From Eledone cirrhosa (Eukaryota), in assembly GCA_964016885.1 (NCBI GenBank), contig OZ024745.1:77624001-77688000 (forward strand): a DNA stretch of 64,000 nt, written 5' to 3'. The position numbers were made by a program, and so were the translations under genes. This document shows, piece after piece, positions 57,236 through 64,000 of the stretch (position 1 is its first letter; the number at the start of each line of letters is the position of its first letter). The notes beneath the pieces are model-generated. The model saw only the letters and a program-made list of their open reading frames with translations. It had not been told where the DNA came from and made no database searches.

Positions 57236-58080
57236 ATATTTGGGGAGGGTCATATTTGCGTAATATTGCCAGAATTAATAACAGAACACACTCACTGTTT
57301 GGTTGGTTTTCGCTTCTCGCTGTCTTTTATATATATATATCTGCGATCTAACTTACTCGGTCCTCAATGTTGCCATTGACTGACCGGCGGTCAAAAATAA
57401 TACAGATACAATATAGACACAAACACATATATATAGTTTACATAATTTACATAAATCTTTCGTTGCACATCTGCAACATCGTCAGTGGTGTTATATTCAT
57501 TGTTCCTCCTGGTGTTATATTCATTGTTCCTCCTTAAATAAAATAAGATAAATAAATACACACACAAGCACATAAACACACACTAGTCACCCAGCAGACA
57601 CAACACTATACACACTAGTCACACATCACACTATACACACACGCAAACGCATGCGCAAAGAAGACAAAATAAAATAAGATAAACAAACAAGCAAATAAAT
57701 AAATAAATATATAGACAGACTGAACAAAAAAAAAAAATGGCGTAGACATACAACACAACAGGAGGAACAATGAATTGTTGCAGATGTGCAACGAAAGATT
57801 TATGTAAATTATGTAAACTATATATATGTGTTTGTGTCTATATTGTATCTGTATTATTTTTGACCGCCGGTCAGTCAATGGCAACATTGAGGACCGAGTA
57901 AGTTAGATCGCAGATATATATATATAAAAGACAGCGAGAAGCGAAAACCAACCAAACAGTGAGTGTGTTCTGTTATTAATTCTGGCAATATTACGCAAAT
58001 ATGACCCTCCCCAAATATAACAATATCTGTTTCGACACACGATTTCATATAAAAAACCTCGCAAAACTAATTCATCGCCG

Positions 58081-58082
<2 letters not shown>
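57229..58082. mobile_element. Fold-back element: ~250-bp near-perfect arms, ~295-bp spacer and ~56-bp tail, in (TA)n
   Basis: Arms 57229-57478 and 57776-58026; termini (TTGTTATATTTGGGGAGGGTCAT) and tail resemble those of 32165-32670. Confidence 0.85.
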
Positions 58083-58129
<47 letters not shown>

Positions 58130-58159
58130 TACAAATGTAATCTGAATTTTTCGAATATT

Positions 58160-58256
58160 AATAATTGTTTCTACTATTGGCACAAGGCCAGCAATTACCC
58201 AGTACATTACTGGTACTTTATTTTATCGACCCCGTAAGGATGAAAGGCAAAGTTAA
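58160..58256 (-). mobile_element. 3' fragment of tRNA-SINE, major family
   Basis: Consensus tail and core. Confidence 0.85.
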
Positions 58257-58622
58257 TAATGATTTCATTTATTGGCCACAAGGGCCGTCACGAATATTAA
58301 TAATAACATTCGATTCGTTTGCAATTATGCAAACAAGCCTCAATTTTTTTAAATATATATATATGCATATATGCAATTCGGTGAATTATGTACTCGGTCG
58401 ATTTATGCATGCTGTCGAAATGTTGGATAAATAACCTGCTGTGGATATCGCGAAGAAGCCACTCTCGTTTATTTGTCGGAGATTTCTTCATAGGAGCTTT
58501 TATCCTTATGGCTTAGTATAATTGATTTTTTATATGGTTGATTGTGCTGTTTGGCAGAAGAAATGGAGTGTATATTTTGTTTATCTAATAATTCTGTAGA
58601 CATGATTTATAATAATATATGC

Positions 58623-58654
<32 letters not shown>

Positions 58655-58697
58655 GTATATATATATATGTATATATTTATATATATATAAGTATATA

Positions 58698-58754
<57 letters not shown>

Positions 58755-58757
<3 letters not shown>

Positions 58758-59974
58758 GGAAAATTTGAACAGGAACAAAACAGAGAGGCAGTACAACGAA
58801 TGTTTATTAATTTCACGCTCTTGAGAGTGGAGCGGTGGTGGCGGGTGGAGTGGGGAGAGGGAGACGGGGTGTCCGAGCGGGGAGGGCTGAAGGTGGTGTG
58901 TGTGTGTAGGTGTACGTGTGTGTGTGTGTGTGTGAAAGCAAGGGTTGGGGAAGAACGGGGTTGCATGTTCAGGAAGAGGTGTGTGTGGGGTGGGGTGTAG
59001 GTCGGAGTGTGTGTGCGTGTGTGGATAGAGGGGTGGGGGGAGAGAAATCCGGAGGATGAATGTGTAAATATGTGGTGGAACGCACGTGTGTGTGGGTTTT
59101 AAGCGTGTTGTGGGTGTAGGTGGCGTGTGGGAAAAAATTTTTTTTTTGGGTGTGTGTGTGGGTGAGTCAAAAAGGTGATTCTGTAAGAAGATGTTGTGGA
59201 ATGGTTGGTAAAATCCTAGGATGGTAGTTGATTCCGCGGTCAAGGTCCACATACGAGTAATCCGTGAAGAGATGGTCGGAAGAGGGGAGATGTGGGGTGC
59301 GCGCGGAACACGAAGTGGTCAAGGCAGTAGAAGTGCTGTGTGTCTGTGTGTGCTGGGAGGTGGTTAGAGGGCATACCAGCAGTAGGGTGGAATGGTAAAG
59401 GGGTGAGGATGGGTAGGTGTGAAAGTTGGAGTGAGGAGGGTGTGTGTGTGTATTAGTAGAGGTGTTAGTGGGATGAGTGAGTGTTTGAGAAAGGGTGTGG
59501 GTGGAGCGGGGAGAGAAGGGTGTGGGGGTCGATGGAGGGAGTGTGGTGTATTGGTGTGTGTGTAGTTTGATGAAGGGGGTGTTAGTGGGTGTTAGTATAC
59601 GGGAGGTGGAGAAAGGGTTGAATGCGGGTGTGAGTGGGGGTTAGTGGTGGTAGGGTGTGTAGAGTTGGTGGTGTAAGAGGGTGTGTGTGTACGTGTGCGT
59701 GGGGTTGGGGGTGTTAGTGATGTTAGTTGCGTGTAGGGTGGGTGGTGTAAGTAGGTGCGTGTGTTCGTGTGCTTGGGGTCAGGGGGTGTTAGTGATGTTA
59801 GTTGCGGGGTGGTGGGGTGGATGTGTGGGGGTGAGGGTTAGTGGTGGTAGTAGGGTGTGTGTTTAGTGTGAGCGCGTGTATATGTGCCGGTGGGTGTGTG
59901 CGTGTGATAAGGAGGGGGAGGAGAAGAAAGGAGGGATGTTAGCATGTTAGTTGGGGAAAGGTGGTCGGATGAGG

Positions 59975-59978
<4 letters not shown>
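58755..59978 (-). mobile_element. G/T-rich low-complexity PLE-type remnant; terminus shared with 60365-60590
   Basis: TTTATTA.TTTCACGC.CTTGAGAGTGG.G..GTGG at ~58803 and ~60388; (TA)n flanks. Confidence 0.45.
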
Positions 59979-60034
<56 letters not shown>

Positions 60035-60052
60035 CATATATATATACATATA

Positions 60053-60310
60053 TGTAAAAGTTCTATTTAAATTGTTGGGATACAACAAGCAAATATTTTT
60101 ATAGCTGATATAAAGCACTCAACAAATAATTGGAGTAAAAATACGATATTGACAAATGGAAACTATATTTATAAAACCATATTTATTTCATTATACATAT
60201 TTGAAGGACACCAAGTTAAATTATGGTGTGCTTTCATCACATAAAATATAATATGGAGCAGTTTTATAAATAAATATTGACATACCCTTAAAGAATGCAA
60301 CCATTACTGT
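60053..60310 (-). mobile_element. Copy of the 8325/32681 family with a decayed hammerhead
   Basis: Minus strand GTGATGA...CAAA-TATGTA-TA (two core substitutions). Confidence 0.75.
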
Positions 60311-60363
<53 letters not shown>

Positions 60364-60430
60364 TAGTAAAAAATTGAACGAACAAAGGTTTATTAGTTTC
60401 ACGCCCTTGAGAGTGGGGTGGTGGCGGGGG

Positions 60431-60462
60431 ACGACGTTTCGGGCATAAGCCCTTCTTCAGGT
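60431..60462 (-). ncRNA. Minimal hammerhead
   Basis: AC-CTGAAGA-A-GGGC TTAT GCCC-GAAAC-GTC-GT; weak stem I. Confidence 0.55.
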
Positions 60463-61446
60463 GAAAAGTGTGTGGAAAGAGAGTTCCAACGGTGTGTAGG
60501 GGAGTGGTGGAGAGACATATAGAAAACAGGGGGTGAGAGGAAACGGTACAAATGAAATTAAATATAAAAAGCATAATAAAAATAAAAATAATATATATAT
60601 ACATATATATATACATATATATATACATATATATATGTATATATATATGTATGTATATATGTATATATATATTATTTTTTTATATATTCTGGTACATAGG
60701 GTTTGGCTATGTGTATACGGGAGTTTTTGCGTCTGTGTGATTATGTAGGTTCGTACGTATGGTGGGTGTGTGTATATGTGTACTTCTTGTTTTAGTTGAC
60801 TTACGTCTCCAAACATTCGTGTATTTATATGTAGGTATGTGTGTGCGCTTGTTATATACGTATTTATTTATTTATATACGTTTATATAATTATTTATTTA
60901 TTTGTATACACGCATACACACACACACATATTTATATGTGCGTGGTTTTGTATACCTATAGTAAGGTTTTGCGTATGCTTGTGTATGTACGTTTTTGTTT
61001 GCGTGTATGTATTTATTTATTTCTATTACTTCTGTATTGTATTTATTTACTTTGTTCTTAACTCTGTAGCGGAGATTCATTTGGTCTCCTAGTTAGAATT
61101 TTAGTCTACGACTTCTGCTATACCATTTACGTGGTTTTGTCTTTGCGTGCTATTGTTCTCCACGCTCCACATATGACGTATTATCTTCGTTTTTTCGTTC
61201 ATTGCCAGAGAACGTCTCTGTGCACCACCTAAGAGAACATTAGTCTACGACCTCTTTTATACCATAAACGTGGTTCTGTCTTTGCGCGTAAATGTTTTTC
61301 ACCGCTCCTATTAATGACGTATTATTCGTTTTTTCCCGTTCTTCGCCAGCGAACGTTTTCACGAACCAAAGTATCGTCTTCCTGTCTTCCTCCGGTTGCA
61401 ACGTTTTTTGAAATATCCAGTTCTGCGTTTACAGATTGACTTTGTT

Positions 61447-61497
61447 AGTTTCAGAAGATCCCGTTAAGGGTGAAAGCAGCGATTCTTTGCTTAAACT
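61447..61497 (+). ncRNA. Hammerhead with one core substitution, near the 3' end of a ~500-bp repeat (61080-61596)
   Basis: AGTTT-CAGAAGA-T CCC GTTAA GGG T-GAAA-GCA...TGC-TT-AAACT. Confidence 0.65.
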
Positions 61498-61591
61498 TGA
61501 ATCTGTTATTTTAATAAATATTTGCTCTATTTGATATATATTTATCCTTATCGAGCCCTCTTTGGATTTTAGTCTTCAAATTTATTATTAT

Positions 61592-61652
<61 letters not shown>

Positions 61653-61781
61653 ACGAAGGAGGTGTGGTAAGGAACCAGATGGACCATAACGCACTATACT
61701 ACTCAATACTTAGGGTAGTAGAATGGGTAATAGGAAAATGTTTGACCCCGACGGCAGAGCTCAAGCCGTTTTGACGGCTAT

Positions 61782-61846
<65 letters not shown>

Positions 61847-61944
61847 AACAAATTTTGAACTTACGAAGTGTCGAGTAAACAAATTTATAAGAGAATGTAG
61901 GAAGCTCAAGCGCAGAAAATGTCTGCAATTACAATCAGCTGCTG

Positions 61945-62125
61945 GATGGGCAGAATTGACAGAATTAGCTGAGTGTCGGATAAAATGCCATTGGGATATT
62001 TGTCAAGTTTGTCTTTCATCTTCCTGGGGTCGATAAAATAATGTCCCACTAAAGTACTAGGTGTTGACTTTATCAACTTTGCCTTTCCTTTAAATCTGGT
62101 GATTTTGAGCTTAAATTAGAAATCA
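61945..62125 (+). mobile_element. Old tRNA-SINE, major family
   Basis: TTTGTCTTTCATCTTCCTGGGGTCGATAAAATAA. Confidence 0.6.
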
Positions 62126-63027
62126 AATCTCAAATGCAATCTTTATATTTGCAACAACAAGAATGCCAGGATGGGAAAAAGCAGAGAAATTCACATTTAT
62201 TATTACAGATATTGAAAAACTGAAAAGTTGCATTATAATAAAAACTACTTGGTCTAAAATCGCTGAATTTTCATTGTTTTTCTTCATTCTGTTAAAATAT
62301 ATTAATTTTCCAATACTCAAGTATTATGTACGAAGTCATCTAGTATTCTGCTGTATCACAAGTCTGCTACCAGTAACATATAGGAATAATAGATATTTTC
62401 CACTTAAAATGCCAGAGAATAATAACTACAGCATGAAATGGCAATTTTAAGTGCTGCAAATTTGCATTACGAATTATGAAATAGATTAATCTGGTGATCC
62501 ACTTTGAGTTAAGGGTAACGACATTCCTTAGATATTTCTTTAACCTGTTGGCTTTCAGCAGTATGGCTGCTGTGAGATCTTTTCTATATATGATAAGAAA
62601 AGGTAAACTAGCAAAATGAAGCCTTGCAATATAAGTGTATGAGAGGAAGAAGCGGACCAGTAAATGTCTTAAACTTTGGAAATATACATATCTTTGAAAG
62701 AAAAATATGGACCTTATTCATTCCTTTTGTTATATTATATGAACTATTTTCAGACTCCAAACAAGGCCTGAATCAGTATAGGCTGGTCATTTCCCATGGA
62801 AGTCCCTATGTCTAATATGAAGCATGTGATCCCATCACATTCATATGAATACCAGTAAAAGTACAGTAAATGCGGGTGAATCTTGAGTACGTAATATCTA
62901 TATCAATACAATCAGGTATACATACCTGCATACATACAGACGTTGTATACATACCTGCATGCATACACACATGCACCCCTATCATCATCATCACCGTTTT
63001 ACGTCCGTTCTTCCACGCTAGCATGGG

Positions 63028-63094
<67 letters not shown>

Positions 63095-64000
63095 AAAAAC
63101 TATGACCCCAACGGCAGAGCTCAAGCCGTTTCGACGGCTATTTCTGGACAGATAGATAGATAGATAAATAGATAGAACGTGGCCGAATGATTAAGAGGTT
63201 CGCATCGCAATAGTTAGGTTCCGGTTTCAATCCAACACCATGGTATCTTGAGTAAGTTTCATATGCCATAGCCTCAGGTTTACCCATACCTTGAGAATGT
63301 TTCAAGGACTCTACTTGTAAGAACCCGCTTTGTCACACTGTATTATGATGGATTCCTCCGAGAATTACGTTTAGGTTAAACATATCTGTGGAATGCTCAT
63401 TCACTTACACGTTACTTTCATCAGCAAGCTGTTCATTTGATCAAACAGTTAGAACCCTCATTTCCGAAACTGTGAATAAGCTTATTATATAGTAATAAAT
63501 ATTATCCAAGTGGTTAGAGCATGCAGTCCATAGGACGGGTTATGATGTTATGGTGAACAGAATAAACTGCCGAGTGGAACAATCTCCACTCTGTCTTAAC
63601 GTCCTTAGTTTTCTCAGGCATATGGCTGAGCTGAGCATTCCACAAACACGGGTGACCCTAACGTAATTTTCAGCGAATCTCAACGTGGAACTGTAATAAG
63701 ACTGGCCTTTTGAATTACAAGTACAGTTCATTCGACGGACTTCCAAACAGTATCCTTCTATGTAATACCATCACAAGGTATAGTTCAACTAGAGGCTATG
63801 ACAAATATCATTTTCCAAAGATTCTGAGAATCTCTGGCTTCGATAATATCTGTTATATCTTAATTTGTGTTTTTGCACTTGTGTTGAGGTGTTCTTTGAC
63901 ATGAATGGGTAATGTCCTTATCACGTTGCCGATGTAGAATTTGCTGCATTTAGTTTGAAAAGCACATGGTTCTACTGCGGATAGAACATTTCGCCAGTGC

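Noticed and set aside
59570-59850. Interstitial telomeric repeat
   Set aside because: No tandem TTAGGG array, only scattered degenerate motifs.
62123-62880. ORFs of 63-95 aa in unique-looking DNA
   Set aside because: No recognisable motif or splice structure.

Overview
AT-rich, microsatellite-saturated eukaryotic non-genic DNA. The SINE families and (TA)n/(TACA)n load suggest a cephalopod such as Octopus, which is an inference. No host gene can be supported, and almost all listed ORFs are microsatellite read-through. The main element is a young ~8.9-kb Penelope-like element (PLE) complex at 33677-42553, sitting inside (TA)n. It consists of a full unit with an 820-codon RT + GIY-YIG ORF, a partial tandem unit and an inverted 5'-truncated unit. 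Each unit has a type I hammerhead ribozyme (HHR) in its 3' repeat, and both RT-covering copies carry Tyr where the first catalytic Asp is expected. Around it, mostly within (TA)n tracts, lie roughly ten distinct families of tiny non-coding fold-back elements (60-850 bp). They reproduce the same 'inverted arm + arm with unpaired tail' geometry, and most carry intact or decayed HHRs, several with a U-U pair at the base of stem II. Together these look like a system of non-autonomous, HHR-bearing, microsatellite-homing PLE derivatives. Also present are R4/Dong-like non-LTR copies in (TACA)n, a deleted mariner with ~100-bp TIRs, a non-autonomous Helitron, CRE, RTE and older PLE relics, many tRNA-derived SINEs, and two microsatellite-spanning tandem duplications. 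All calls come from reading the sequence by eye, and the coordinates of degenerate repeats are approximate.
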